DNA from: the human T2T-CHM13v2.0 reference genome, Homo sapiens
Assembly (NCBI RefSeq): GCF_009914755.1
Contig: NC_060947.1
Length of the DNA: 64,000 nt
Direction: 5' to 3' (one strand)
The notes beneath the pieces were generated by a model. It was not told the DNA's origin. It saw only the letters and a list, made by a program, of their open reading frames with translations, and did no database searches. Positions 42,829-58,645 of this stretch are shown here, in pieces (position 1 is the stretch's first letter; each line of letters begins with the position of its first letter). The position numbers and the translations under genes were made by a program.

Positions 42829-43592
42829 TGTTGATGAAAAGACTTAAACTCCGTATTTGAAGAGATTTATTCTGAGCCAAATATCAGTGACCATGGCCCG
42901 TGACACAGCCCTCAGGAGGTCCTGAGAACATGTGCCCAAGGTGGATGGGGCACAGCTTCGTTTTATATATTTTAGGAAGACATGAGACATCAATCAAATA
43001 CATTTAAGAAATACATTTGTTTGGTTCAGAAAGGTGGGAAAACTCTAAGTGAAGGCTTCCAGGCTATTGGTAAATTTAAACATTTTCTGGTTGACAATTG
43101 GTTGAGTTTATCTGAAGACCTGGGATCAATAGAAAGGAAATGTTTAGGTTAGGATAAAGGATTGTGGAGACCACGTTTTACAGTGCAGAGGAAGCTCTCA
43201 GATAGCCAACTTCAGAGAGAGCAGGTTGTAAAATGTTTCTTATTGGACCTAAAAGGGTGCCTATCTCTTAGCTGATTATCTCCTGGATCTGGAAAGGAAG
43301 GAAGGAAAGCAAAGGGGAAAGGGGATTCTCTATAGAATGTGGATTTTTCCCACAAGAGACATTGCAGGATAATTTCAAGGTATGCAAGGAAATATATTTT
43401 GGGGTAAAACATTTTGTTTTTTACTCTTGTTATGCCAGAGTCAGATTGGAAAGTAAGTCAGTCATGATATACAAGGTTAAAGGTTAACTAAAACCCATCT
43501 GATAAGAATTTGTGGTTTGTAGGGCATGACTCCCCTGACCCCTTAGAAGGAAATTTGGGCAAGATAAAAAAAAAACCAGAGCTTAGTCCTCA
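42829..43592 (-). mobile_element. MER4-family (ERV1) solo LTR, MER4D/E-like
   Basis: TG...CA termini with a perfect 4-bp TSD cagt (42825, 43593). The minus strand starts tgaggactaagctctg and has AATAAA near its 3' end (tttatt ~42867). Confidence 0.9.
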
Positions 43593-43850
43593 CAGTTTTA
43601 GAGGATCTCCTGTGGAACTTAAGGAGAGTCACATCATTTCTTGAAAAATTAATTGGAATTTTAATTTTAGTAAGATTGAATTTAGCCTTTGAAAGATTAA
43701 AATTGTATTTATGGATAGAAAAAAATAGTATCTGTAGATAAACAGGTATTTTAATTAAAAATAAATATTCTGTAAATATTTTATACTAAGGTAATTCTCC
43801 CTTGTCTTGTTTAGTTATTATATTTTTATACTTTATTATTACAAAATTAA

Positions 43851-44188
<338 letters not shown>

Positions 44189-44574
44189 TGTCAGTGTGTT
44201 TTAATTTCCAAATGTAACAAAATATTTGGCTTAAAAATAGAGGTATTATTGACATATACATACCAATATTTTGGTGACCCTGAAACCCACATTGATTCAT
44301 TTTCTGCTTTCGGTTAGTGGTACAAGCTTGTATTATATGAAAATAAAATTACCTTTACTTCTTAGAAAAGCTGGCATTCATACTTCAAGAAAAATATTTT
44401 CAGAAGATAAGTTAGGTATTGATGTAAATTGAAGGTTTTTTGTTGTATTTCATATCATCTTATTGGTATGAATATAAAGGATAGTAGAATGATTTTCCAT
44501 CATGAAATTCATAATTTACTGGAAGCATGTTTTGATGCTGTTCATTTATTTAGTATTCACTAAAGTTTGCAGTA

Positions 44575-44755
44575 TATGTACAGTACACTTTTTAAGAGTA
44601 TGGATTCTGGAGCTAGACCGTCTGGGTTCAAAGTCTTACACTTTGACACTCTCTAACTGTGTGACCTTGGACAAGTTAACTAATCATTCTGTGCCTGTTT
44701 CTGTATCTTCTAAAATGGAGACATTCATCATGAGCTTTTCATATAAGATAGTTAA
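44575..44755 (+). mobile_element. MIR SINE
   Basis: ctgggttcaaagtc..ctgtgtgaccttggacaagttaactaa..ctgtgcctgtttc..taaaatggaga MIR core. Confidence 0.85.
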
Positions 44756-45899
44756 CCTAAGTACCAGCAAAGTAGGTTGTAAACTCTTTAAGTGTAACAT
44801 ATACTTTGTGGCATACACACCTTTATATTCCGAGTACCTAGGGTAGTTTCTAGCAGACAGAGTTAACGAATAATACATATTTTTAATAAAACTAAATGTT
44901 CCAATGCATGTTGAAAATTGATTATAATTCCCTTGCAAGTTTTGGTTCTGATTGCACTGGAACCCCATGTAGCTCCAAGTTGGACAAAGTCAGCTGGTTT
45001 ACATCTCAATGTAATAAATATTTGTTGAAAGAACTGTATGGCATGATGCCCCCTTTGTGTCTACTCACATTGACTTCAATAAGTGATATTCTTTCTTGAT
45101 ACAAAAATCTACAAAAGTTTATTCATATAAATTTCTATACTATGAAAATTAGCATTCCACAAATTCTATAAACCAAATCATGAGTTACAGGATTGATAGA
45201 TTTAGGGATAGAGGGATAGATGAACAAGTGCATCAAATGAAATATAGTTCGAAAGCACTATTACCCATTCAATTCCAAGCACTAAACCATTAAGAAACTT
45301 CTTGCGGTTCTCTTCCTTTCCTTAGTCAGCATATGATAAATCTTTTTGTCCTAATGTCTCTTTCATGTTTAATTTCCCAGTGTTGGTTTACAAGTGTTAC
45401 TCTTTCTCTTCACTATTGGAAATTGGATGATTAAATTTATTTTTAAACTTTTAATGTTAAAAGGCATTGGTACTTCAAAAGAGAAAATGTATCTCCTAGG
45501 TTTGTGATATGAGCAGTGATATAGCAATGATTTCAAATACAGCATGCTTTAAATTCCAAGCTGGTGGAAATGTACCTGTATATTAATTAGGTGTTTACTA
45601 TTTATGGCCAGAAACAAAATATCATGAATTGTTGAGATGCATGTACATGGAGAGATTATATTCTTATTTCTACAGTACTAGTAACAATATAGTGAAAAAT
45701 ATACAAAACTACATTCCTTTATCTTTGTACATGGGAAGATTTGAGAGTGTATAGAGTTTCATCACTAAGATTGTATGATATTGGTCTCAATATATCTTCA
45801 AAGAATCAAATGGGTGTGAAGTATATTAAAATTTGGTAAAATGTTAGTGAGAGCCTGGGTAAATAACTCTAGACATTCAGGTTAATAATAAAAAGAACA

Positions 45900-46015
45900 T
45901 TTTTGATAGTTTTAATGGTTGTACAACTGTCTGAATATACTGCAAACTAATGAATTTCATGTTTTAAAAGGTGGACAGTATGACACTTAAATTATATTTC
46001 AATAAAGCTGGTAAA
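45900..46015 (+). mobile_element. Old L1M (L1MB/ME-like) 3' tip
   Basis: atggttgtacaactgtctgaatatactg..aattatatttcaataaagctg. Confidence 0.65.
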
Positions 46016-47565
46016 ATGCTCATACAAATAGTTTTTGAAATGTAAATACCATTGTGAACACTTTCAACTCAGTTATCATACAGTATATTTTCTTTAGTCT
46101 CCATCCAGTTCCAGCAAATGCTACTACATGCACACTGAGAAGTAACAAAAAGGTAAAACTCTGTTTTCATTATTCTCCCTAATTTGCTCCTCAAATCATT
46201 CTTATCCCCACAGCAACTCAGAGGAGTTGGAATGAATGTCCCATCCCCATTTCTTCTGCTTTAGTAAACTTGAATGTTTAACTAGTATGATCTGACCCTT
46301 GGTTTGAAATTTAGATGCCTTATGACTACAGAAACTATAGTAGGCACAATATTTTTCAAAAATGTTGAATACTGCAGGAAAAACAAATGCAATCCCAATA
46401 AAGTCCAGTTTTAAAATTAGCTTTACATGTAAGTGAGTTTTGTGGGAATGGGATCAGAATGGGTGATACTAAGTCATTAAAGTGCTTTGTTTTACAAAGA
46501 ATGGATAAAGTTGTGCTGATTTTCAAGTCTGCATTGATTGACTTGCTCTTTTAATGCATTATAAATCACAGAGAAATAAAAATCATGGTGAAGAAAATTA
46601 TTTAAAAATACCATAATAATAAGTATTGTCCAGTTATAATTATCTAATTCATTTTCTCTCTCTTTCTCTGTCTCTCAACTTACTTCTGCATTTATACTAA
46701 GAGAAGATACACAGAATAGACACTAACCTTGCAGACACAAACATTCTATAACATCCTAATTAATCTGGTAGGTGGGATTAATTTTTTTCTTTCCAAACCA
46801 CAAGAAGCATTATATGTTAACATCATCAATTTTCAGATATATTCTATATACTTGTAATATAGTTGAACTTCATCATATGCATAATTTTTATTCTCTGAAA
46901 ATATAGCACTTTCCCTAGAATTCTTAGCATTTTCCTCTCTAATAAGGTTTCTTGAAGTAGACACTATCAAAACTTTATGAAGTAAGAAAATTGTACTATT
47001 TACTACTGACTTCTTGTTTGAATTAAAGTCAAAAAATAAATTTCAAAATAAAGTCATTACATTTTTGTTGCTGGAAATTAGAAGCAGAAATATTTCCTCA
47101 GTACGAAAAAAGATCTCTACATATTTAGTTATTTAATAAATGTTCATTGAATGTAAAACACGTCTTTTATTCACAGTTCTTATTTCATGTATTCTAATGT
47201 TAATTATTAGTACTATTCATGTATTTACATATTTATCATATAAATTTAGAAAGTTATTAGAAAAAATTTTATTACATTTCAGGTGTTTCTCCAATTGCCT
47301 GTGTGCTTTATTGCACTAGCAGAAGACAATTTTTATTTTACTGGCATACGAATACATGCTTTACGTGTATCCTGAGGCACAGGGTCCCAAACTGCATTAG
47401 TTCAACAGACAGCAGCATGATAATAAACCCCAGGGTGTCAACCTATTAGTTTTAAAAATAGCTATAAAATTGACTTTAAATCTGATTTGTAATATTTTGC
47501 AGTCTTCATAGTAGTAATTCATAACTACCTATCTATACTTTCTTTAATTATTTAAAAATTCATAA

Positions 47566-47983
<418 letters not shown>

Positions 47984-48039
47984 AAGTCTGGTATTTTTTA
48001 AATGTCAGGTTGAGTGTTGTCATCTGCTCTTGACATGTC

Positions 48040-48195
48040 ATTTAATTTTCAACATGGTTGTTCTCAGAACTGTTATCCCCATTTTTCAAATGAGGAAATG
48101 AAGGCTAAGAAATAATAATAAATGTGGCCAAGATCACAGAACTCATGCTTAGTAGAACCTCAGCCCATGCTCATGTATTCCTGATTCCATTTCAC
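48040..48195 (-). mobile_element. MIR SINE relic
   Basis: ttatccccatttttcaaatgaggaaatgaaggct..ccaagatcacag. Confidence 0.7.
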
Positions 48196-48653
48196 AATCA
48201 TTTAACTGAAGATACTAACATTTCAACACCCAACATTGCCATGAGGATAATCTGAAGTGTGCCAAGAGCTTATATAAATGCCTCATTAATTGCTAAATCA
48301 CTTACAAATTGTAAATTTGGCTTAAGTTTATCTCTTTATGTCTACTTGGGACCTAGAAGCAAAGCAGGGTAAATTTAGCAAGGAATGGACAAGATCAATG
48401 TTCTTGTCATTTCCCAATTGTGCAACCTTTTTAAAATCACTTTACTTATTTAAGTTGACCATGGAAATGATATATTTCCAACTCACAGTTTTGTCAGAAT
48501 CCAACAAGATATTTTATGTGAAAATTTTTACTTCATTGGTCAAAGCCTGATAAATAAGAAATTTTTACAGGATTCCATGTTTAATAGAGTCATTGCTTCT
48601 TCACCAGAAGTTCAAGGAAGAACTTCTTGGAATTAAAAAGTAACCATAGTGTG

Positions 48654-49004
<351 letters not shown>

Positions 49005-49681
49005 TTAGCCTTTGAAACTGAAAACACATGTGACAATCGTTGAAGGAAACCAGTTGCTCAAAAGAAGTTATAAAACTATAAATATATACTTTAGAGAAAA
49101 GGAGTTTGCTGTTCAATGAATATGGAATACCCATTATGTGGATATCTAGAGTACCTGGTACCCTAATGCCTGAACTTCCTATTCCAGGAAAGGCAGAGTG
49201 GAATTCTTAAAATACTCTTCACTTTAACTTCTCCTAAAGGAAAGTAGACATGAAGAGCAAGTAGGCATACTGGGATATGTGGCCATGAGATGTCCTGGAT
49301 AATGTGCCTGAATAAAATTTGAACTGAGTTCCTTTATTTTACTTTCCTTTATACTGCTACTTGATACATAGTAGTTTACAGGTTGCAGGATTATTTCATT
49401 ACTATGTTTCTCTTAGAAAAAGAGCAATTTAAGAACCATCCAATGGCATTCGATTTATAATTGTATTAATAAACAGAAAGTCACTATTGAAACAAACCAG
49501 ACACTGGGCAAAGTTGCCTGTAGGAGAAACCTGGAATGAAAGAGAGACTATGAATCTTCTTTTAAAGCTCATATATGCTACTTGAAATACTAGCAAATAT
49601 CATATTTCGTTGCTATATATATTCATATGACATGTGTTTGGGGCTTTACATAAGAGCCATATTAGATTTATTTACTTATTT

Positions 49682-50822
49682 TTTTTTAACTTTTAAATTC
49701 AGGGTACATGTGCAGGTTTGTAACATAGGTAAACTTATGTCATAGGGGTTTGTTGTACAGATTATTTCGTCACCCAGATAGTAAGCCTAGTAGCCATTTT
49801 TCCTGATCTTCTCCCTCCTCCCACCCTTCACCATCTGATAGGCCCCAGTGTGTGCTGTCCCCTCTATGTGTCAGTGTGTTCTCATCATTTAGCTCCCAAT
49901 TATAAGTCAGACCATGCAGTATTTGGTTTTCTGTTCGTTTGTTAGTTTGCTAAGGATAATGACCTCCAGTTCCCTCCATGTCCCTGCAAAGGACATGACC
50001 TTTTTTATGACTGCATAGTATTCCATGGTATATATGTACCACATTTTCTTTACCCAGTTTATCATTGATGGGCATTTAGGTTGATTTCATGTCTTTGCTA
50101 TTGTAGTGAACATATGTGTACACATGTCTTTATAATAGAATGATTTATATTCCTTTTGGTATATACTTAGTAATGGGATTTCTGTGTCGAATGGTATTTC
50201 TGTCTTTAGGTCTTTGAGGAATCACCACACTGTCTGCTGCAATGGTTGAATTAATTTACACTCCCACCAACAGTATATAAGAATTCCTTTTTCTCCACAA
50301 CCTCATCAGCATCTGTTATTTTTTGACTTTTTAAAAATAGGCACTCTGGTGTGAGATGGTATTTCATTGTGGTTTGGATTGGCATTTCTCTAATGATCAG
50401 TGATTTTGATCATTTTTTTCATGATGGTTGGCTGCATGTATGTCTTCTTTTGAAAAGTATCTGTTCATGTCCTTTGCTCACTTTTTAATAAAATTGTTTG
50501 TGTGGTTTTTTTTGTAAATTTAAGTTCCTTATACATGCTGTATATTAGACCTTTGTTGGATACATAGTTGGCAAGAATTTTCTCCCATTCTGTAGGTTGT
50601 CTGTTAACTCTTTGATAGTTTCTTTTGCTGTGTAAAAGCTCTTTCGTTTCCTTAGATCCCAGTTGTCATTTTTTGCTTTTGTTGCAATTACTTTTGACAT
50701 CTTTGTCATGCAATCTTTGCCCATGTCTATGTCCTGAATGGTATTGCCTAGGTTGTCTTCCGAGATTCTTATAGTTTTGGACTTTACATTTAAGTCTTTT
50801 ACCCAACTAGAGTTAATTTTTT
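49682..50822 (-). mobile_element. 5'-truncated L1PA13-like element
   Basis: Antisense L1 3'UTR and ORF2 3' end; short TSD acttattt. Confidence 0.9.
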
Positions 50823-52354
50823 ACACTTATTTAAAATTATATTTATGTATTTAGACTTAACTTTTAAAATTTACATCTTATTCTAAATTTTAATCAGCTT
50901 AAAATCTGTTTTTTACTTAAAAAGAAATAGCACATACACACACATGCAGGAATTTAATATTCTTCACTTATATGTAAAAAACATTATTTGATGTTTTCCG
51001 TTTCAAGATATAACAATTTATTTTCACTTTTATGTGCATTTATATTATTATATAGGTTTTTAATTTGTGACCTAACTCTTCATTCTGGACAAAGATAACT
51101 AGTTGCGTCTTTAGATGTAAAGTTACACTCAAGTGCAATAAAGCGAGTCCTCAAAATGACAAAACAAACAAACAAAAAACAACAAAGCAGACACTGAAGT
51201 GAGGAGAAGGGAAACGTAATAGCCTATTATGCAAAAATAACTTCATTTAAGAAATCAACCAAGATTAGAGAAAAATATGAGTATCCACATGGGGATTATA
51301 TGGGTATATTGGCATCTATAATTTTAAAGATGGTTTATGAATCATTGTTTTGAATCAGATTGGAGGACCAATCTCTACTCTTTATAATGAGGCTTCTTTC
51401 TGTCCTAGCTAAGTGGGAGCTATAATTGATAGTGTATATGGCCACGAAGTGGCACAGAATGCTGTCATAGGAGTTTTCTACGTAATGTGATTAAAGCTAA
51501 CATGCAGTACATCAAAAACACTGTAGTCCGTCTGACAGTCTTTAGCAGTGGGCATCTAATATTGAAGTTTGATTTACTTCAACATTTGAAAACTCTGTTA
51601 CCTTAATATCTTTCAAGGACTTCAAATACTTTTTGATTTATTCCAAGCTTTCATTTTATTATTGAACTGGAACTAAAACTTCCAAAATGCAAATGAAATA
51701 AATGAAATAAAGATCATTAATGGTGCTTAATTCAGTTATCAGAATATCAGCATAGTATGAGTTTTGCAAATTGGTTTCTCAATTCTGAATTTACATTCTG
51801 TTTGCCATGTGTTCAACTTGAACTTACACAGGATGACTCATTTTTATAAACTTATACCATTCATATAACTTGAGGAAAAGATTTATTGCTTATCTTTATA
51901 GACAAGTAACTTGAGTATACAGTCACTCTTTAGATAATAGACATTTTACTCATTATGTTGTGGATTCAATTCTGAATCCAGTTATTTTGCTATTAGAATT
52001 GAAATTATTCATTTTAATCACGATGATAATAGATTCACAGCCACGTATAATAAAATTGCAGTCTACTTGATTTGCCTTTAATTTCTTCCCTTTCTATGTT
52101 GCTCTTCTCACTTTATTGTCCATCTTGGTTACTCAAGTCTTGGGACAAAACCTCCCAGTGATCTCTCCTCACTTCTCTCAGGCCTATTTTAACTCAGTCC
52201 TCTAGAGCCTCATGGTTGATGGAGACAGTCACATGGCTGGATATATTAAAATTATCTAAGATATCTACCTTTCTGTTTTTATTAGTGCAACTAATACCTA
52301 AAAGAGGAAGGGCTGGTGGTGCAAGATGACATAGTTTCTGGAAACTATTTCTGT

Positions 52355-52530
52355 GCAGACTCCAAAAAGGGGAAGGATGGAAGGGGATTGAGGAGTGAGA
52401 AATTACCTGTTGGATACAATGTTCACTATTTAGCTTGTGGGCTCACTAGAAGCCAAAACCTCACCATAATTTTCAGCATATCCATGTAACAAACCTGCAC
52501 ATGTACCTTCTGAATCTAAAATAAAATCGA
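52355..52530 (+). mobile_element. L1PB-like 3' end fragment
   Basis: gagaaattacctgttggatacaatgttcactattt..catgtaacaaacctgcacatgtaccttctgaatctaaaataaaa. Confidence 0.8.
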
Positions 52531-53369
52531 ATAACAAAAAACCAATTTTTGGACTATATTTCATAAACCTACCAATATGGTCCATAAGAAGTTGCAAATG
52601 CTATGAATAAAATCAATTATATATATGTAAAAACGTATCTGCTTGTATGTATTTGTTTAATCCTCATAGTATGTGTAATTCATTTCTATATACAAGTACA
52701 TGTCATGGTATTTACACAATACATATGGTCAAATAGTTATGTGCTCATAAAATATTATTAAAAATTTTGGATGAAGAAAGAGATATTGTACTTAGTCATT
52801 GATATTGACATTGTATTTCATAATTCCAGTGCAGTAATGCATGTGTGTTTATGTTGATAAATGCTGATCAGAATTCAGATTTACAGTAAAAAAACAGAAC
52901 CGAATAAATATTCAGATTCAAAATATTGATATTATTTCAATGCTGTATTTTTCTGTGATTTATATTCTCAGAAATTGTGGTGGGAAATTGAATTTGATAT
53001 TGTGGTTCAAGGTGCATAGATTCCTCTCTTGTCAATGGTTTACACTGGTCATTAACAGTGGCAGGTTGTTGCAGAGGTGAGGAAATTATATGTTCCCAAG
53101 TGTTTCTAAAATATAAAAACCCAAAGAGTTGAATTAGGTTTTGCATCTAAGTTAAACTGAAGCTTGTGATATGATGCTTCCACAGAGCTATTAAAAGTTA
53201 TTAAAATCCTGATTCTGTGTGTCTAATAAATTTTGGCTGTATGATATGAATGCATTAATTTTGTGCTTAAAAGCAAAAGGGCTGATAAAAAGTTCCAGTT
53301 AATATATAAACATAGTAGAAATTTGATACATACTTCTTGATGATACATATTGTGTGACAGAAAACCTAA

Positions 53370-53560
53370 CTATAATAATGATACCAACTCATATTGTACA
53401 GGACTTTTTCATATATTACATTATTTGATCCTCACAATCCCATGAGCTAGGAAAGGCAGACTTTATGAATTTCTATTTAAAGATGAGAAAATGGAAATTC
53501 AAGGAGGTATTTGAGTTTTCTAGGATGCAGACATAGGTCTAGTAATATTTTTCAGTATAC
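53370..53560 (-). mobile_element. MIR SINE relic
   Basis: attatttgatcctcacaatcccatgagctagg..agatgagaaaatggaaattca. Confidence 0.65.
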
Positions 53561-54440
53561 CATATTGCTTCTGAGTACTCAGAATCTCATTTTCAATTGT
53601 AACAGTTGTAAAAGGCCTGTATATGCTTACAATATGTGTGCAGAGTGTAGATATGAAGCCCCAATGGTGAGAACAACCTTACATATATCAAATGGATTCT
53701 AAACCAAAGAAATTCCAGCAACTAAATCTCCTACCTTGGTTCCTTATATTTTTAACATGTAAAAATTCACATAAATATCACATTTGGAAAATAATGTAGA
53801 TTTATATCATACCTGCATAGAAGAAAGTATGGCACACTGATTTTTATGATGGGGAACAAAGCCGGGCTTTTGATCCTAGAATTACAGTCCTGTAATTTAG
53901 ACCTCCTTAATATAATAGTTTTATGATAACTCTGCAAGCCTAGGCATCACTGCTACTTAATCTTTCTGCTTACCTATTTCACAGGTATTTAATGCCCATT
54001 TAGTCATCATTTGAAAAACTTATATATATATTAACCAAAGCTAAATTTATCTACTCTGCTTATATATGCAGCTTGACATGCACAACTAATTTAATATGTA
54101 GGTGCTTTCCTTGATCCAATTAGGTTCTTCTTTTTTATTCATAGGTATAGATTGTTGCAAGCACTAAAATTATACCCATAAAAAAAAGTTTGCATCTAAA
54201 AACAGGGATTAGCTAATTGCTTGGCACTTTGAGAAAATTCCATCCACAATCTGATGAACTCCCAATTTAAAAATACAGGAAAATGATTTAAAATAAACAT
54301 TTCTGCTTTTATTCTGTTCTGTGTGTCATAAATGTAACATAAAATAATTCCATAGGAAACGGGATGGTTTCTCTAAGTTTCAGATGACTTTATAAGTAAT
54401 TTTGTTTTATTTTGTTTCTTTCTTTGATTCCTGGGGAATT

Positions 54441-56648
54441 AATTTTTTTGCAAACTTTTATTTTAGGTTCATGGGTACAGGTGCAGGTTTGTTATAAAGG
54501 CAAATTGCATGTTACAGGAGTTTGCTATATGAATTGTTTTGTCACTCAGGTAATAAGCATAGTACCTGACAGACAGATTTTCAATCCTCAGCCTCTGCAC
54601 ACCCTCCACCCTGAAGTAGACCCTGGGGTGTCTGTTCTTCTCTTCTTTGTGTCCATGTGTATTCAATGATTAGCTTCTACTTATAACATGCAGTATTTGG
54701 TTTTCTGTTCCTGCATAAGTTCACTTAGGATAATGACCTCCAGCTCCATTTATGTTGCTTCAAAGGACATGATCTCATTCTCTCTTATGGCTACATAGTA
54801 TTCCATGGTGAATGTGTACAACATTTTCTTTACCTAGTTTAACATTGATGGGCATTTAGGTTGGTTCCATGCCTTTGCTACTGTGAATGGTGCTATGATG
54901 AACATACATGTGCATGAGTCCTTATGGTAGAACAATTTCTATTCGTTTGCGTATATACCCAATCATGAGATTGCTGGGTTAAATGGTAATTTTGTATTAA
55001 GTTCTTTGAGAAATCGCCAAACCACTTTCCAAAATTGCTGAATTAATTTGCATTCCCACCAGCAGTGTAAAAGTATTGCCTTTTCTCCACAACCTTGCCA
55101 GCATTTATTATTTTTTGACTTATTAATAATAGCCATTCTTACTGGCATGCAATAGTATCTCATTGTAGTTTTCATTTGCATTTCTCTAATAATTAGTGAT
55201 ACTGAACATTTTTTCATATGCTTGTTGGCCACATGTATGTACACTTTTGCAAAGTATATGTTCATGTCCTTTGCCTACTTTTTAATGGGATTGTTTGATT
55301 TTTGCTCATTAATTTGTTTAAGTACTTTGTAGATTCTGGATATAAGACCTTTGTCAGATGCATACTTTGAAAATATTTTCTCCCATACTGTAGGTTGTCT
55401 GTTTACTCTGTTGATAGTTTCTTTTTGCTGTGTAGGAGTTCTTGAGTTTAATTAGTTCTCATGTGTCAACTTTTGATTTATTTCATTTCCTGTTGGCGAA
55501 TTGTAATAAAATCTTTGCCAGAGCCTATGTGCAGAATTGTATTGCCTCAATTGTCTTCCAGAGTTTTCATATGTTAGGTGTTACATTTAAGTCTTTAATT
55601 CATCTTAAGTAGATTTTTATGTATGGTGAGAGGAATGGGTCCAGTTCCGGCACCATTTATTGAATAGGGAGTCCTTTCTCCATTGCTTGTTTTTGTCAAT
55701 TTCTGGAAGATCAAGTTATTGTAGGTGTGTTGCGTTATTTGGGGGCTCTGTCTTCTGTTCCATTGGTCAGTGAGTCTTTTTTGATGCCAGTACCATGATG
55801 TTTTAGTTACTGTAGCCATATAGTATAGTTTGAGGTTGAGTAATGTGATGCCTCCAACTTTGTTCTTTTTACTTAGGATTGCCTTGGCTATTTGGGTTGA
55901 TTTTTTTGTTTGTTTGTTTGTTTTTTAGTTTCATATAAATTTAAAGATAGCATTTTCTAATTTGCTGAAGAATGTCATTGGTAGTTTGATAATAATAGCA
56001 CTGAATCTGTAAATTGCTTTGGGCAGTATGGCCATTTAACAATATTGATCCTTCTTATCCATGAGCATGGAATGTTTTTGCATTTGTTTGTGTCATCTCT
56101 GATTTCTTTGAGCAGTGTTTTGTAATTCTCATAGTAGAGACATTTCATTTCTCTGGTTAGTTCTATTCCTAGGTATTTCATTCTTTTTATGCCTATTATA
56201 AATAGGATTGTGTTCTTGATATGGCTCTCGGTTTGGATGTTGTTGGTGTATAGAAATACTACTGACTTTTGTACATGATTTTTGTATTATGAAACTTTGC
56301 TGAAGTTGTTTATCAGATCTAGGAGCTTTGAGGCAAAGACTATGGGGCTTCCTAGGTATAGAATGATATCACCTACAAACAGAGATAGTTTGACTTCCTC
56401 TCTTTTTATTAAGATGCCTTTTATCTTTTATTTATTTCTATTGTCTGATTTTTATTCCTAGGACTTCCAGTACTATGTTCAATAGGAGTATTAGAGTGGT
56501 CATCTTTGTCTTGTTTCTGTTCTGAAGAGGAATGCTTCTAGCTTTTGCTCATTCAATATGATGTTGGCTGTGGGAATGTCATAGATAGCTCTTACTATTT
56601 TGAGGTATGCTCCTTCAGAGCCTAGTTTGTTCAGGATTTTTAACATGA
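54441..56648 (-). mobile_element. L1PA15-like element, 3' part (3'UTR to mid-ORF2 RT)
   Basis: Antisense 3'UTR and ORF2 remnants (ORFs 54963-55265, 55975-56181). Stops abruptly at the junction with a plus-strand L1. Confidence 0.9.
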
Positions 56649-57465
56649 AAGGATATGAACAGACACTTCTCAAAAGAAGACATTTATGCAGCCAACAAGC
56701 ATATGAAGAAGAGCTCATCATCACTGGTCATTAGAGAAATGCAAATCAAAACCACAATGAGATACCATCTCATGCCAGTTAGAATGGCGATCATTAAAAA
56801 GTCAGAAAACAACAGATGCTGGAGAGGATGCGGAGAAATAGGAATGCTTTTATACTATTGGTGGGAGTGTAAATTAGTTCAACCGTTGTGGAAGACAGTG
56901 TGGCGATTCCTCAAGGATCTAGAGCCAGAAATAACATTTAACTCAGCAATCCCATTACTGAGTATATAACCAAGGGATTATAAATCATTCTACTAAAAAG
57001 ACACATGCACACTTATGTTTGTTGCAGCACTGTTCACAATAGCAAACACTTGGAACCAACCCAAATGCCCATCAATGATACACTGAATAAAATGTGGCAC
57101 ATATACGCCATGGAATACTATGCAGCCATAAGAAAGGATGAGTTCATGTCCTTTGCAGGGACGTGGATGAAGCTGGAAACCATCATTCTCAGCAAACTAA
57201 CACAAGAACAGAAAACCAAACACCGCATGTTCTCACTCATAAGTGGGAGTTGAACAATGAGAACACATGGACACAGGGAGGGGAACATCACACACCAGGC
57301 CTGTCGGGGGGTGGGGGGCTAGGGGAGGGATAGCATTAGGAGAAATACCTAATGTAGATGATGGGTTGATTGGTGCAGCAAACTACCATGGCACGTTTAT
57401 ACCTATGTAACAAACCTGCACATTCTGCATATGTATCCCAGAACTTAAAGTATTAAAAAAAAAAA
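56649..57465 (+). mobile_element. 5'-truncated L1PA7-like element, no TSD
   Basis: ORF2 C-terminus [27 protein letters not shown], 3'UTR and poly-A at 57455-57465. Confidence 0.95.
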
Positions 57466-58397
57466 GCTATGCATTCAAAATTTTTAAAAAAATTCTTAAA
57501 GTGAGTTTTTAGCTCTATCTGATCAGCTTGGTTCTTTCTTAAAACAGACATTTCATGTATCTCCTGGGTTATTTTATTGTATTCCTTAGATTTCTTGGAT
57601 TGCATTTCAAGTTTCTCCTGAATCTTGATGGTCTTCATTTATATCCACACTCTGAATTCTATTTCTGTCATTTTAGCCATATCAGCCTGGTTAAGAACCA
57701 TTTCTGGGGAACTAGAGCAGTTATTTGGATGTGAGAAAACACTCTGGTTTTCGAGTTGCCATGGTTCTCACACTAGTTCTTTCTCATCTGTGTTGGCTGT
57801 TTCTTCTATCTTTGGAATTGCTATCCTTTGGATGAGAATTTACTTGTTTCTTCTTCGATGGCTTTGGGGGTTTGATTGTGATATAAGGTTGATTCAGTTG
57901 ACTGGCTTTGTTTCTGGACGATTTTAGGGCACCAAGGCTCAGCTCAGCACTCTTGGGCTGTGTGCTCTAATTCTGGGAGGCAGGTATTGGGCCCCCAGCT
58001 TTGTTTTCTGGCCTCTGCAAATTAGGAATCTGCTGTGCTGGAGGGACTGAAACATTCCCTGTCTGCAGCCACAACACTCTGATGGGTTGTACTGGCTAAA
58101 ACACTTTCTTGGGGTGGTGACAGCAGAATTCATGCTTGCTCATGTGTACCAGTAGCCATGGCAGCACAGCAGGGTGCACGTGTATTTGCTGGGGTTGGGT
58201 ACTGGTAGGAGTGGGACATTGGTGTTCTTGGGTGAACTTGTGTAGGTGGTGTGGTGGGGGTGGGGGACTGGCAGGGGTAGGGTTGCCTGTGTCCATGCTT
58301 GCACTTGTACCAGCAGTGATGGCAGCATGGGTGGGTCACTGGTGGTTTCAAGGATGCTGCCCTCCATGCACACATTTGCATTGGCAGCAGTGATGGC
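57466..58397 (-). mobile_element. L1 ORF1 N-terminal and 5'UTR remnant (probably the same element as 54441-56648)
   Basis: Antisense coiled-coil ORF1-like peptide (MKTIKIQEKLEMQSKKSKEYNKITQE) followed by a GC-richer 5'UTR-like stretch. Confidence 0.7.
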
Positions 58398-58439
58398 CTC
58401 ATTTTAGTTATAAACTTTTTTAAGGACATATTAACGTAC

Positions 58440-58600
58440 ATTTTATTTTTTGTTCTTCTAAAAATCTAACTTTATAGTTTACATACAATACAATGCACCA
58501 ATTTTGATTGTACAGTTCAACATGTTCAGAAAAATGTATACACCCATGTAACTACCACCACAATCGAGGTATGGAACATTTCTATCAAATCCACACAAAT

Positions 58601-58645
<45 letters not shown>

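Noticed and set aside
54441-57465. Twin-primed (5'-inverted) single L1 insertion
   Set aside because: Both halves carry their own 3'UTR and look like different subfamilies; twin priming does not duplicate the 3' end.
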